Below, in pieces: positions 10,558 to 20,575 of a DNA stretch of 64,000 nucleotides. The stretch lies in contig OY969695.1 of the NCBI GenBank assembly GCA_963701965.1, positions 1,184,001-1,248,000 of the forward strand, read 5' to 3'. Position 1 is the stretch's first letter; every line of letters starts with the position of its first letter. This DNA comes from an uncultured Gemmatimonadales bacterium (GTDB lineage: Bacteria; Gemmatimonadota; Gemmatimonadetes; Gemmatimonadales; Gemmatimonadaceae). The position numbers were made by a program, and so were the translations under genes. Under the pieces are notes generated by a model. The model was not told where the DNA came from, did no database searches, and saw only the letters and a list, made by a program, of their open reading frames with translations.

Positions 10558-10897
10558 AAGGGATCAGGCTGGCATTCTCCCGCCAACCGCGCCAAAAAAT
10601 TACTCACATTGGCGCGCAACAGTAATATTGCGCCAACGGATGGCGCAAGCGGCGCGAACTGAAAGCGCCGCAAGGCGCAAATGACGCCAGCAACAAACGA
10701 CGACAGTATTGTGCAGCGTCCCGACACGCCCATCGCGCCATTCCGGCACATCGGCCGCGCCGCCGGCGACGTTCATCCTTCCGACCGCCCGACAGATACG
10801 ACGGTAATGCGAACTCCGCGCCATGGCGACGACGCTCCATCGTGCGCGCAGCATAGCTGGGTACGCTCGGACTGTGACAGCCAAACGCTGTTGTAGG

Positions 10898-11294
10898 CTA
10901 GGCGTTCTCCACTGATTGCGACTCCACGCGTCCATACCAGTGGATAAGCTGCAAGCGGCACTCACTGATCTCGCGCGCCACCTGTATGATATCCTGCATC
11001 GCGTCGCGAAACGTCTCCGGCGTCGCTATTTCCTGGTCAAACTTCGGCGCATCCGAAGTTTCGACACCCCGCCAGGTCACATACGAGCGCATGATTGCCA
11101 TTAACTCGCCGCCGGCTTCGAGATGAACGTATCCAGAGTGGAGAAAGCGATTGCGCTGACGCCTTACAATGCCACACTTCTCCAACGCGTCGCTCACAGA
11201 ACGCTTGAAATCAATCGCTAGATGGGGTGGGGCCCAAGCATCGACAAAAATAGGGACGGCTTGCTCTGCACTCCGCACAAGTTCCGCGAAGGAG
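10898..11294 (-). pseudogene. C-terminal part of a HEPN-like protein interrupted by IS21
   Basis: Rx4H motif RNRFLH; the frame continues across the excised IS as ELGISFVELDLSFAELVRS. Confidence 0.5.
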
Positions 11295-11378
11295 CCTCGG
11301 TGGACACTTCATAACCGGCCACTGATGGACAGCTGATAACCGGCCACCACGGTGAGGCGTCCGAGACTGGTGAGTGGG

Positions 11379-12146
11379 CTAGCGCAGCCCGGTCGCGTCG
11401 GTGGACAAGCTGTCACCCTGGACCTTGGTGCGCCAGCTGCGGGGCCCGCACTTGAGGATGTGGGCGTGATGGAGGAGCCGATCGAGGAGCGCGGTGACCG
11501 CCGCGGTGTCACCGAGCAGCTTGCCCCAGTCCTCGACCGGGCGATTGGAGGTGAGCAGCGTAGACGCCCGTTCGTAGCGGCGCATGATGAGTTCCAGGAG
11601 ATCCTCGGCCGCCGTGTGGGGAAGCTTGCGCATGCCGAGATCGTCGATGATGAGGAGCGGCACGGTGGCGAGGTCGGCGAGGTACGCTTTGCGCGTGCCG
11701 TCGAGCGTGGCGTCGGCGAGTTCTTCGAGCAGCGTGTGCGCTTCGCGATAGAGCACGCGGTAGCCTTGGTGGATGACGGCGCGGCCGATGGCTTGGGCCA
11801 GATGGCTCTTGCCGGATCCGGGCGGCCCGGCGAACAGGGCGTCCTCCCGCTGGGCGACGAAGCGGGCGGTGGCGAGGTCGTAGACGAGGGCGCGGTTCAT
11901 CTTCTTGTTGAAGTCGAAGTCGAAGGTGTCGAGCGTGCGATCCGGATCGCGGAAGCGGGCGTGCTTGTGCCGGCGCTCGAGGAGGCGATCCTGGCGGCGG
12001 AGGAGTTCGTCGCTGACCAAGGCCGAGAGCAGGTCGATGGGCGCGAGGCGTTCGGTCTGGGCTTGGTGCAGCCGGGGCTCGAGAACCGCAGCCATGCCGG
12101 AGAGGCGGAGTTGGCGGAGCGCGTGATCGAGTTCAACGAGGTTCAT
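11379..12146 (-). CDS. istB: IS21 helper ATPase
   Basis: FDFDFN, GPPGSGKSHLA, LLIIDDLG, LTSNRPVEDW, LLDRLLHH. Confidence 0.95.
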   Translation of the reverse strand: MNLVELDHALRQLRLSGMAAVLEPRLHQAQTERLAPIDLLSALVSDELLRRQDRLLERRHKHARFRDPDRTLDTFDFDFNKKMNRALVYDLATARFVAQREDALFAGPPGSGKSHLAQAIGRAVIHQGYRVLYREAHTLLEELADATLDGTRKAYLADLATVPLLIIDDLGMRKLPHTAAEDLLELIMRRYERASTLLTSNRPVEDWGKLLGDTAAVTALLDRLLHHAHILKCGPRSWRTKVQGDSLSTDATGLR

Positions 12147-13684
12147 GGGGGATCTCCGAGCGTGCGATCGATGAGGTCGCGGTAGAGGGTGAGTTGCCGG
12201 ATGAGGGGATCGACTTGGCGGAGCGTGAGGGGGACGGGGACGCGGTGCTCGAGGTAGCGGCGGAGGAAGCGATAGGTGGGCACGCCCAGCTCGAGGGCGG
12301 CGTGCGCGGCCGCGTCAACGACGGCCGGGCCGTAGCGCTTGGCGAGGGCGAGGACGCCGAGGATGCGGCGAACGGCGAGCACGCCGTCCTGGCGGTGGAT
12401 CGTGTCGCAGAGCGTGCCGATGTGCGGGCCGGCGCGCTGGGTCCGCGCGAGCAGGGCGACGGTCGTCAGCGGCGTCCGGGCGGGCCGATCGGTGTCGTGC
12501 ACCCGATGCCGGCCGCGGGCCGTCCGCCGATGCTCCCGGAGGAGTTGCCCCGTGTCGGGGGCGAGGAGGCGCACCCAGAGATCGTTCCACTGGACCTGCA
12601 CGCGCTGGCCGATCCAGCCGGGTGGAGCACTGTAGTACGCCGCCTCGACTTCGACGCACCCATTGAGATGCACGGTACGGGTGCCGTAGCGGTAGTAGCG
12701 GAAGGGTTCGAGCGGGAGCGGCCCGAGCGTGGGCTGTTCCTCGGCGAACATCGCCGCGACCTGCCGCTTGGTCGTGCCGTGGATGCGCGTATCGGCCCAG
12801 CGCGTCTCCCACTGATCGAGATACGTCTGCGCGGCCTCCAGTGACTCGAAGCGGAGGCCCTTGAGCGGCGTCCGCTGCGTGTGGCCAACCCCCGATTCGA
12901 CTTTGCCCTTGCGATCCGGATCCCGCACGCGACACGGCAAGGCCACGACGTGGTAGTGGGCCAAGACGTCGCGATAGAGTGGATTGAGCGTCGGGTCGTA
13001 GACGTCGGGCGTGAGGACGCCTTCGCGCAGGTTGTCGAGCACGATGACGCGCACCGTGCCGCCCAGCCGGCGGAAGGCGCGCTCATGCAGCTCGGCCCAG
13101 ATCTGGGTGCTCGATCGCCAGACGAGGAGCCGGACCGACTTCCGCGAGTAGCCGAGCGTCAGGACGAAGAGCCGGACGCGCCGGTACTTCCCCGTGGCGG
13201 GGTCGCGCACCATCGGCCCCTCGCCGTAATCGACCTGCGCCTCGTCGCCCGGGGCGGTCGTGATCACCACGCGCGCCTCGACGGCCGCCGGATCGTGGAG
13301 CGTCCGGATGAACCGGCGGACACTCGCGTAGCGGGCCGCGAAGCCGTGCGTGTCGACCAGGTCTTGCCAGATCGCCATGGCGTTGCGGCCCTGCGCCACC
13401 CCGGCCACGATCTGCTCGCGGTACGGCTCGCACGCACTCGCCCGCCGCGACGCGGTCGGCGCCGTCGAGTCGGTGGACACCACCGGTGTGGTGGCCGGAT
13501 TTGCCGGCGGCCACGCGCGCGGCCGGCCGCCGCGCCCCCGCACCGGAATGCCCGCCGCCTTGAGATACGCGCTCGCCGTCTCCCGGCGCACGCCGGTCGC
13601 CTGTTCGATCCGCCGGAGCGACCACCCGAGTCGCCCCAACGCCACGATCTGCTGTTGGATGTCCGCCTTCAAGACGTTGCTCAT
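12143..13684 (-). CDS. istA: IS21 DDE transposase
   Basis: PGDEAQVDYG, LTLGYSRK, DNLREGV, PDRKGKVESGV. Confidence 0.95.
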   Translation of the reverse strand: MSNVLKADIQQQIVALGRLGWSLRRIEQATGVRRETASAYLKAAGIPVRGRGGRPRAWPPANPATTPVVSTDSTAPTASRRASACEPYREQIVAGVAQGRNAMAIWQDLVDTHGFAARYASVRRFIRTLHDPAAVEARVVITTAPGDEAQVDYGEGPMVRDPATGKYRRVRLFVLTLGYSRKSVRLLVWRSSTQIWAELHERAFRRLGGTVRVIVLDNLREGVLTPDVYDPTLNPLYRDVLAHYHVVALPCRVRDPDRKGKVESGVGHTQRTPLKGLRFESLEAAQTYLDQWETRWADTRIHGTTKRQVAAMFAEEQPTLGPLPLEPFRYYRYGTRTVHLNGCVEVEAAYYSAPPGWIGQRVQVQWNDLWVRLLAPDTGQLLREHRRTARGRHRVHDTDRPARTPLTTVALLARTQRAGPHIGTLCDTIHRQDGVLAVRRILGVLALAKRYGPAVVDAAAHAALELGVPTYRFLRRYLEHRVPVPLTLRQVDPLIRQLTLYRDLIDRTLGDPP

Positions 13685-13837
13685 GCCGGCGGAGGGACAA
13701 TGCCCGCCGCCTCGGCGTCAACGCCTCGGACGTCCCCCCGGCTGGTGGCCGGTTTTCAGCCGTCGATCAGTGGCCGGTTTTGACTGTCCACCGAGGAAGG
13801 AGAGATCAAGCTCGACAAAGGAGATGCCAAGCTCGCT

Positions 13838-14537
13838 TTGAGCCTGATGCACTTCATAGAGCTATCTGCGCCCGGATTCCTGGGAGCAGCAGAGGTCACC
13901 GATTTCCTTGCCCAGCACCGACTGGCGTTAGCACTCTCGTTGCCACGACTAACGGATCTCGAGATCGACAACGCAATCCGGATAGGGAACGGTGAACGCA
14001 CGGTGCCTGTCGATGCGTTCGTCGATCGGCTGGCGGACTGGGATCCCGACGCGCCTGACATCGGCGATGGCTGCCGCTGGCTTCTTGAGAACTTCTCGGC
14101 CAATCCACAGTTCCGAGATTCGTACATGAGCGGTATGGCACCGTGGGTTGCCACGGCAAAACGCCACCAAGGCGCGGGCACTTGTATTGAACGATCCACT
14201 TACGGGAATGCGAGCTCGTTTAGGGGAGGAAAGGGGATTGAGCGATGCGGCAGCTGCGACTGTGATCGCACGTGCCGGTGGCCTTGACGCGTTCCCTGCT
14301 TTCTATATCAACCAGGCGTTGAGGGTATGGTCGCTCTCGCAGAATAACGCGAAGTGGCGAGTAAACGATGAGATTAATGCATGGCACGCAATGTACACCC
14401 CGTACGCCGCCACAATCGTTTTGGACGGACCTACCGTCCAGCACTTGCGCGATCGTAAGGTTCTTTGGGCCTCGCGTATCGCGCGCGAACTTACCGAGGT
14501 CCCCTTGATCCTTCGGCGTGAGACTGGAGATGGGTAA
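13838..14537 (+). pseudogene. Frameshifted PIN-like hypothetical protein remnant
   Basis: Two overlapping frames (13838-14287, 14148-14537); LALSLMHFIELS and NDEINAWHAMYTPY...LD resemble PIN-like families; N-terminus missing. Confidence 0.35.
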
Positions 14538-14773
14538 TCCACGGCTCGCGCGCTCGGATCACTACTGGTCGTGGCGTTGGCGAATTAGCGCCCGCCCTTC
14601 TTTACGAACTCCATGTCATGAATGTGCCGGTTCTTGTCACTCGTGGGCTCTTCGCTGAAGCCTCTAGCGACACTAGACTGTCTGTCGTCGGATAGCGTTT
14701 CACGCATTCGCAGCACGTAGCAATGCCAGATCTACGATCAGATTTACAATAAGATGTGCTATCAGGAGGCCCC

Positions 14774-15364
14774 ATGTTTGAGCGCCAGCAGCTTCTTGAG
14801 TAGATGGGTCCCGCTACAACTCGCCGAGTCACGGAACGACTGCGGCGTTTCGCCTTCCTGCCGGACAGTCAAATCGAACGCTTGGCCAGGGAGGCATTGA
14901 ATGAGGAATGGGGTAACGACTTGTTTGTGCTTGAGAAGTACTTGGCGGTTCACGTTGGATGGATTATCGATCAAGGGCGGTACACCTGCAGTGAGGGACA
15001 GCTTTACCTCAGTGCGGGGCACCTTCAAACGCGATACGGCACGCCACTCTATCTGGTCTTCCAGCTGAATGACGTCGTGGGCAAGCAACCTTGGGTTCCC
15101 GTAGCTGCCGGTTCCAATATTTCTGCAGGTGAGCTTCCTCAACCATGCGCCATCCCGCCCCGCGCCCGGTGTGAACCGAGGAGCAGAAATCGTAATGAGC
15201 CACGACCACATCCTCGGCGAAAACGCGGATCGAGTCAACTTCCCGCGAATGCTAGGGTCGCCGTGAAGAGACACGATCAGCTGCCTCCCTGGATGCTCGA
15301 TTGCTGGCATCACGAGGCCAAGAAGATGCAGCAAGCCAATATTGAGGATCCTGAAGGAGGGTAA
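14774..15364 (+). pseudogene. DUF3825-like pseudogene
   Basis: AGGAGG RBS and ATG 14774, in-frame TAG at 14801; FAFL..EEWG..LEKY; HDHILGENADR in a shifted frame; ANARV...WML tail; apparent internal deletion. Confidence 0.5.
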
Positions 15365-15608
15365 CAGGTCAACGTGTCACCGATGATGCGCTACACTGTA
15401 GAACGACCACACGATCGGCTGAATCACACGCTGCGGCATCGGCAGATCGCCGAAGCCGACATCGTATCCCTCGTCGATCGTGAGCTCGTGGCGCAGACCC
15501 TGCGGACTGGCTTCGCCCGAGATCGGCCCCCGTGGATCATTTGGTCGCGGGAGGACACGGATCGCAATCACGACTGGCGTCTGCGCGCGCTATCTGGGAG
15601 AGCGCCGC

Positions 15609-15959
15609 TCACCCGAGCACGAGAAATGCCGATTCGGCGTCGGCAGCGAAGACCGCAACTTCAGACCCAAAAGTACGAAGAATCAGCTCAATGTCGCGCG
15701 TCGAACAGTTCCCGCGCCGGAGCCACGCGACCTTCGGCGGCGCCCCGTAGAGGAAGCTCCGCTGGTGGAAGTCAGCGTCTTTCGATGTAATCACGAATCC
15801 GCCGGCACGCGCGTATTCCCACACAGCCTCATCGCCGGCTGATGCAAGACCGACGCGTCGGACGTGCGTGCTGTCGGGATAGACGTCGGCCAGTGACTCG
15901 ACCAGACAATGCGACAGATTTTCGTCGAACAGCAGCCGCGGGTGGTTCGGCGGGGCCAC
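15609..15959 (-). CDS. DUF5615 PIN-like toxin (VapC45-like)
   Basis: LLFDENLS, DEAVWEYA, ITSKDADF, PPKVAWLRRGN. Confidence 0.85.
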   Translation of the reverse strand: MAPPNHPRLLFDENLSHCLVESLADVYPDSTHVRRVGLASAGDEAVWEYARAGGFVITSKDADFHQRSFLYGAPPKVAWLRRGNCSTRDIELILRTFGSEVAVFAADAESAFLVLG

Positions 15960-15979
15960 CGTGGACGCGGCGGCTACGA

Positions 15980-16207
15980 CTATGCGGCAGGTACCGAGAC
16001 CATCTTGCGCTCGCGATCGGCAGCAAAGAGCAAGCAAGCTCGGATGTCATCCGCCGTCAAATCCGGGAAGTCGGCCAAAATCTCGGCTTCCGCCATCCCG
16101 GACGCGAGGTATTCGAGGACGTCATAGACGGTGATGCGCAGCCCACGGATGCACGGCTTCCCGCCGCGCTTGCCCGCCTCGACCGTGATGCGCTCCCGGT
16201 AGTCCAT
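15980..16207 (-). CDS. DUF433 antitoxin (VapB45-like)
   Basis: GKRGGKPCIRGLRITVYDVLEYLASGM, ILADFPDL. Confidence 0.92.
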   Translation of the reverse strand: MDYRERITVEAGKRGGKPCIRGLRITVYDVLEYLASGMAEAEILADFPDLTADDIRACLLFAADRERKMVSVPAA

Positions 16208-16429
16208 TCCGGAATTTTATCACCTGACAGCTGCCTCAGCAAGTTCGCTGGCACGGCAGCGGGCCTGCGGTACGCAATGCAGAGGCGGGGAGTACGTCCG
16301 GGGTCAAACAACTCTCCGATTTGGGTAGTGCGCGCCGCGCGCTGTGGCCCTGGCCCACTTATCAACACATCATCGCGTCAAACCGCACGGGTCCGAAAGT
16401 ATAGGAGCAGCATTGAGGGGGGAGCAGCC

Positions 16430-17627
16430 ATGCGCACGTCATCGAGATTGACTCGTACGGCCGAGCGGTGGACCTACAGCTACGGCACCAAACCGTTCAG
16501 GGTCTTTGCCTACGAACGCGCGAGCCGCCACGGGCAAGTGTGGGTGCGCTGGACGGATCTCTCACAACCAGTCCGTGGTCAGCCCAGGCACCATCGGATG
16601 GAGTATCGCAACCTCGACATCACGGTCCGCGAGGCCGGAACAGGACGGTTGATCCCAAGCCGAGTGCGCATCGCCCGGCGCGCGGTGCGTCGAATACATG
16701 CGCAGCTCATCACCGGCATACGCGGTGGCGGACAGAGAACGACGGATCGCTGCCTGATGGTGCTCCGTGGATTCGACTTGGCGCTCAACCCAGCAGCTCT
16801 TGCCGGGCAATGTCGCACTGCCAGTGAAAAACTGGCGCCAGCGCTTGCGTGCCGAGTGGACGACCCTCACTGGCATGCGGGAACGGGCCCCCTCCCGACC
16901 GCGACACACGATCGCTGAGCATCGGCGCATTCTCGCCGCCGTTGGCTGCGACCGAGTCGATCCACGCATAAGCCTCGCCGTCGAGCTCGGTGCCGAGTGC
17001 CGCATGGGACAGGTGCTACGCTGCATGCGCACGGCGCTCACCTTGCCAGACCTCGACCCAGCGACCTACGAGTCGGCACCCGCCGGTTCGCTCGGGTCAC
17101 TTGAGGTCCCGGGGACACTCCGGAAACCTGGCGAGACCGTCCTCTTCACGCCGGAACAACGCCGCGCCGTCGACGAATCGCTGCTAGGGTACCTGGCCGA
17201 CTATGAAGCGCGGTGGCAACGCCAGGAGATCAGCGACTACTTCCTCTTTCCTGGACACCATCGGCGCCGTGCCGGCAGTCCGCGCGTGTGGCGAGCCGCT
17301 GCTCACGATCGCGCCCAGCCAATGACGCGGAGCGCGGCGCTGTGCGCCTTCAAGAAGTTGGAAACCTGCGCGGATGTGCCCCACATCAAGGGTCGCGGGT
17401 GGTACGGACTGCGCCGTGTCGCCGCTGACCTCGCGGAAGAAATCCACCGACGATCGCGTGAAGGATCGGCTGGGTGGCTGGCGACGATCCGACACGCGGA
17501 AGTACGTCTATCAGGACCGTCTCTCATTTGCGATCAGAACCCAGGCCGCGCTGGTGCGCCGGCACATGCGCCTGGGCCCCCCCGCGACGGAATGCGTGGA
17601 CTTCGGCTGGGGCGGAAGCGCCGTTGA
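16430..17627 (+). pseudogene. Degenerate tyrosine integrase next to tRNA-Gly
   Basis: Split across three frames: N-terminal WTYSYG..RVFAYER, catalytic ECRMGQ, GWYGLRR, then LGGW...KYVYQ after a shift near 17440; core-binding region looks deleted. Confidence 0.7.
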
Positions 17628-17742
17628 AAGCCACCAAGACAGGCTGGACGTGTACGGATCTCAATGCGCTCCTTGCCACGCTATCACCGGAGCAACGAAC
17701 GGTACTCGCAACACGGCTAACCGGTTAAGATCGGGCTACGCC

Positions 17743-17790
17743 AACCGTGACCACACCCGTCACCGGAACCGTGACCGGAACCGTGACCAA
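17743..17790. repeat. Four tandem 12-bp repeats, putative integrase arm sites
   Basis: AACCGTGACCAC ACCCGTCACCGG AACCGTGACCGG AACCGTGACCAA between the integrase and the tRNA 3' end. Confidence 0.7.
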
Positions 17791-17868
17791 CGCACGAACG
17801 CCGACCGCACGTTGGCGATCGGCGTCCAGAACACATTGGGGAACAACGATTTATCGAGCGATACACAG

Positions 17869-17941
<73 letters not shown>

Positions 17942-17978
17942 GACCTACTCGGAATGTACGCCCCCCGCCAGGGCGCGG

Positions 17979-18749
17979 CTAGTGAGCCCAGTGCGGCGCC
18001 GTCGTCCATTGCGCGGGGTCGAATAGCGCAGGACTGAGCGGAACGTCGGCCTTGATGTCGGCGTAGTCCTCCAACTGCGAACGCTTCCCATCGCGCAGAA
18101 ACTCGCAGTGCGGCGCAATCCAGCTCTTGCCGATCGGCCGGTACTTCGAGAACTGCGTGTCGATCAGGATCGTGGTCGTGTCGTTCGGCTTGACCGCGAA
18201 AAACTGACGCAGCACCACCAGTCGCTCCGTGTCGATCCACGCCGACGGCGCCGCCTCGTCATCGGTCGTCGTGCCGATCACGTACACCTTCCGGCTGTCC
18301 CACGTCGATTCGTGCACCTTCGAGACGTCGATGCCCAGCTGACGCAGGTCGGCCAACGTCCGATCGACCGGTACGACATACACATCGAACAAGAGCGGAA
18401 TCAGCGGATTGCTGCCCGCGGACGCCTGCTTCAACGCCCCGCCCTTCATACTGTACGTCGAGTCGTGCGTGTAGAGCGTCCCGTTCCCCAAGGACGGACT
18501 GCCGCCGTCAATGCGCAATTTGCCCGGCAACGACGCACTCTCGTACCACGTCATCACCGTGTCCCCGCCCTCTTTCTTCGTGCGCGTCGTCGTCTGCACG
18601 AACGTCAGCGTCTTGAACCACTTCCCCACATACCGATCGTGCATCGCTTGCACGATCTCCGCACCCGTTGGCGTCGCCACCGGACGCGCCGCGGCGCCGA
18701 GCGCCAAGCACGCTATCAATGGAGCCACACCCCGCAACGACACGCCCAT
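17979..18749 (-). CDS. Secreted hypothetical protein (possibly LolA-like fold)
   Basis: Signal peptide; WFKTLTFVQTT, PGKLRID, ALFDP. Confidence 0.7.
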   Translation of the reverse strand: MGVSLRGVAPLIACLALGAAARPVATPTGAEIVQAMHDRYVGKWFKTLTFVQTTTRTKKEGGDTVMTWYESASLPGKLRIDGGSPSLGNGTLYTHDSTYSMKGGALKQASAGSNPLIPLLFDVYVVPVDRTLADLRQLGIDVSKVHESTWDSRKVYVIGTTTDDEAAPSAWIDTERLVVLRQFFAVKPNDTTTILIDTQFSKYRPIGKSWIAPHCEFLRDGKRSQLEDYADIKADVPLSPALFDPAQWTTAPHWAH

Positions 18750-18752
18750 GGC

Positions 18753-18923
18753 TCAAAACTCCCGCTTTTTCATTTCCTTGAAGAACTTCTTCAGATCCTC
18801 GGTATTCTCCGGCTCCGGCGGCAGCGTCGAGTCGTACTTCGGCGTCACAGCAGGCTTTTTCGGTTGCGACTTCGCCGCGTTCTTCCGCGCCAGCGCCAAC
18901 AGCTTCCGGTCGTCGATACCCAT
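18753..18923 (-). CDS. Small basic hypothetical protein (56 aa), absent from the ORF track
   Basis: MGIDDRKLLALARKNAAKSQPKKPAVTPKYDSTLPPEPENTEDLKKFFKEMKKREF; purine-rich RBS; stop 3 nt before the next ATG. Confidence 0.7.
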   Translation of the reverse strand: MGIDDRKLLALARKNAAKSQPKKPAVTPKYDSTLPPEPENTEDLKKFFKEMKKREF

Positions 18924-18963
18924 GGCCCTCTCTCGCTACGGTGTCCGATCGCGCGGAAATATA

Positions 18964-19479
18964 TCACTTAATGATCTGCGGTGGTGACGGGGGACCCGGC
19001 GCTTCCGCAACGACGACCCGGGGCTTGAGCATCTTCCGCAAGCGATCCTCGAGTGGCCCGCCCACGATCAAAATGATCAAGGCCAACCCGAGTGCCACGA
19101 TCACCGGGACGTACTCACCGAGCCCGCAGGCGACCCCCACGGCCGCGGCCAGCCAAATGGCGCTGGCCGTGGTCAACCCCTGAATCCGATCCTTCTTCTC
19201 CCCCGATGGATGCAGAATCACGCCGGCGCCCAGAAAGCCAATGCCGGTCACGATACCCTGCACCGTGCGGAGCGCCGGACCGCCGTTCTCGAGCAGCGGC
19301 GCGCCACCCAGACTGGTGTAGACGTACATGGCCGAACCCAAGGCGACCAACGCATGGGTACGCACGCCCGCCGGTTTGTGATGGAGATTGCGGTTGAGAC
19401 CGATGACGGCCCCACCGAACGCCGCGGCGCCAAGGCGCTCGACGGCAGTGGACCACTCGCCCGCCGGCAGAAAGACCAT
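18964..19479 (-). CDS. MgtC/SapB family membrane protein
   Basis: KPAGVRTHALV, GIVTGIGFLGAGVI, GLTTASAIW. Confidence 0.9.
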   Translation of the reverse strand: MVFLPAGEWSTAVERLGAAAFGGAVIGLNRNLHHKPAGVRTHALVALGSAMYVYTSLGGAPLLENGGPALRTVQGIVTGIGFLGAGVILHPSGEKKDRIQGLTTASAIWLAAAVGVACGLGEYVPVIVALGLALIILIVGGPLEDRLRKMLKPRVVVAEAPGPPSPPQIIK

Positions 19480-19593
19480 GTGATGTGAGGATATAGCCGC
19501 TCCGCCTACCGTGTCAAACGCCCCGAGGCGACTTGACGTCCCGCTAACAGGGCCGGTACCATGCGAGCGCCCTCGCACCTGGAGCCTCCGCCT

Positions 19594-20131
19594 GTGATCC
19601 ACCCGTGGCACGACCTGGCCGTCGGGAAAGATGTGCCACGCGAAGTGTCGGCCGTCATCGAGATCCCGTCCGGCAGCCGTAACAAATATGAGCTGGACAA
19701 AGAGAGCGGCCTGTTCCGCCTCGACCGCGTCCTGTACTCGGCCGTCTACTACCCCGGCGACTACGGATTCATCCCCCGCACGTTGGCCGAGGACGGCGAT
19801 CCGTGCGACATCCTGGTGCTGATCAAAGAACCCACGTTCCCGGGCTGCCGCATCGACGCGCGCCCCATCGGCGTCCTCAAGAATGCTCGACCGCGGCGAA
19901 CCGGACGATAAGATCCTCGCCGTGCCAGCCGAAGACCCGTTCCAAAACGAGTTCTACGACCTGCGCGACATCCCGCCCCATACCCTGCGCGAAATCGCCC
20001 ACTTCTTCGAGATCTATAAGGATCTCGAAGGCAAACGCGTGCACGTGCTGGGCTGGGAGGGCTGCGACGCCGCCTTTGTCGAGATCAACCGCTCCGTCGA
20101 ACGATACACCAATCGAGGCCCCGACCGGTGA
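19594..20131 (+). CDS. ppa: Inorganic pyrophosphatase with a one-base frameshift near 19882
   Basis: [27 protein letters not shown], then [15 protein letters not shown] in the next frame (AAG-A-ATG). Confidence 0.92.
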
Positions 20132-20568
20132 AGATCGCCATCGGATCCGACCACGCCGGCTACCGCTACAAGACGCTGATCATCGAATACCTCCGCGCCC
20201 AAGGCCACGAAGTCCGCGACTTCGGCACGGACTCGACGGAACCGGTCGACTACCCGCTCTTCATCCGACCCGTCGCCCTGCACGTCGCCAGCGGCGCCAG
20301 CGAACGCGGCATCGTCCTCGGCGGATCGGGCAACGGCGAAGCCATGGTCGCCAATCGCGTCCGCGGCGTCCGCTGCGCCCTCTGCTGGAGCGTCGAGTCC
20401 GCGCGCCTGGGCCGCCAACACAACGACGCCAACGTGCTGTCGCTGGGTGAACGCCTCGTCCCCGAAACGCTGCTGCTCGACATCGTCTCGACGTGGCTCA
20501 CGACTCCCTTCGAGGGCGGACGCCACCTGCGGCGCATTCTCGAGATCGACGCGCCCGCGCCGGCCTGA
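20128..20568 (+). CDS. rpiB: Ribose 5-phosphate isomerase B
   Basis: IAIGSDHAG, VDYP, GGSGNGE, HNDANVLSLG, FEGGRH. Confidence 0.95.
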   Translation: MKIAIGSDHAGYRYKTLIIEYLRAQGHEVRDFGTDSTEPVDYPLFIRPVALHVASGASERGIVLGGSGNGEAMVANRVRGVRCALCWSVESARLGRQHNDANVLSLGERLVPETLLLDIVSTWLTTPFEGGRHLRRILEIDAPAPA

Positions 20569-20575
20569 CCCGCGC

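Larger units (their letters stand above)
11295..13796 (-). mobile_element. IS21 family insertion sequence
   Basis: Terminal inverted repeats CCTCGGTGGACA...AACCGGCCAC with an internal repeated unit; direct repeat AAGGAG at 11289-11294 and 13797-13802; istA-istB. Confidence 0.95.

Noticed and set aside
7712..10578. The two tRNA-Gly-like sequences as functional or intron-containing tRNAs
   Set aside because: The D arm and 5' acceptor strand are missing, so they cannot form a cloverleaf; att remnants explain them better
11222..11294. Plus-strand ATG as the lost N-terminus of the PIN-like ORF across IS21
   Set aside because: The frame is open but lacks a PIN N-terminal motif; the minus-strand reading across the junction looks more protein-like. 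Unresolved
14801..14803. Stop-codon recoding (in-frame TAG)
   Set aside because: The same gene also has a frameshift and a deletion, and TAG ends many normal genes here
17743..17790. Possible mini-CRISPR or iterons
   Set aside because: Spacerless 12-bp units next to an integrase and att site; no rep gene
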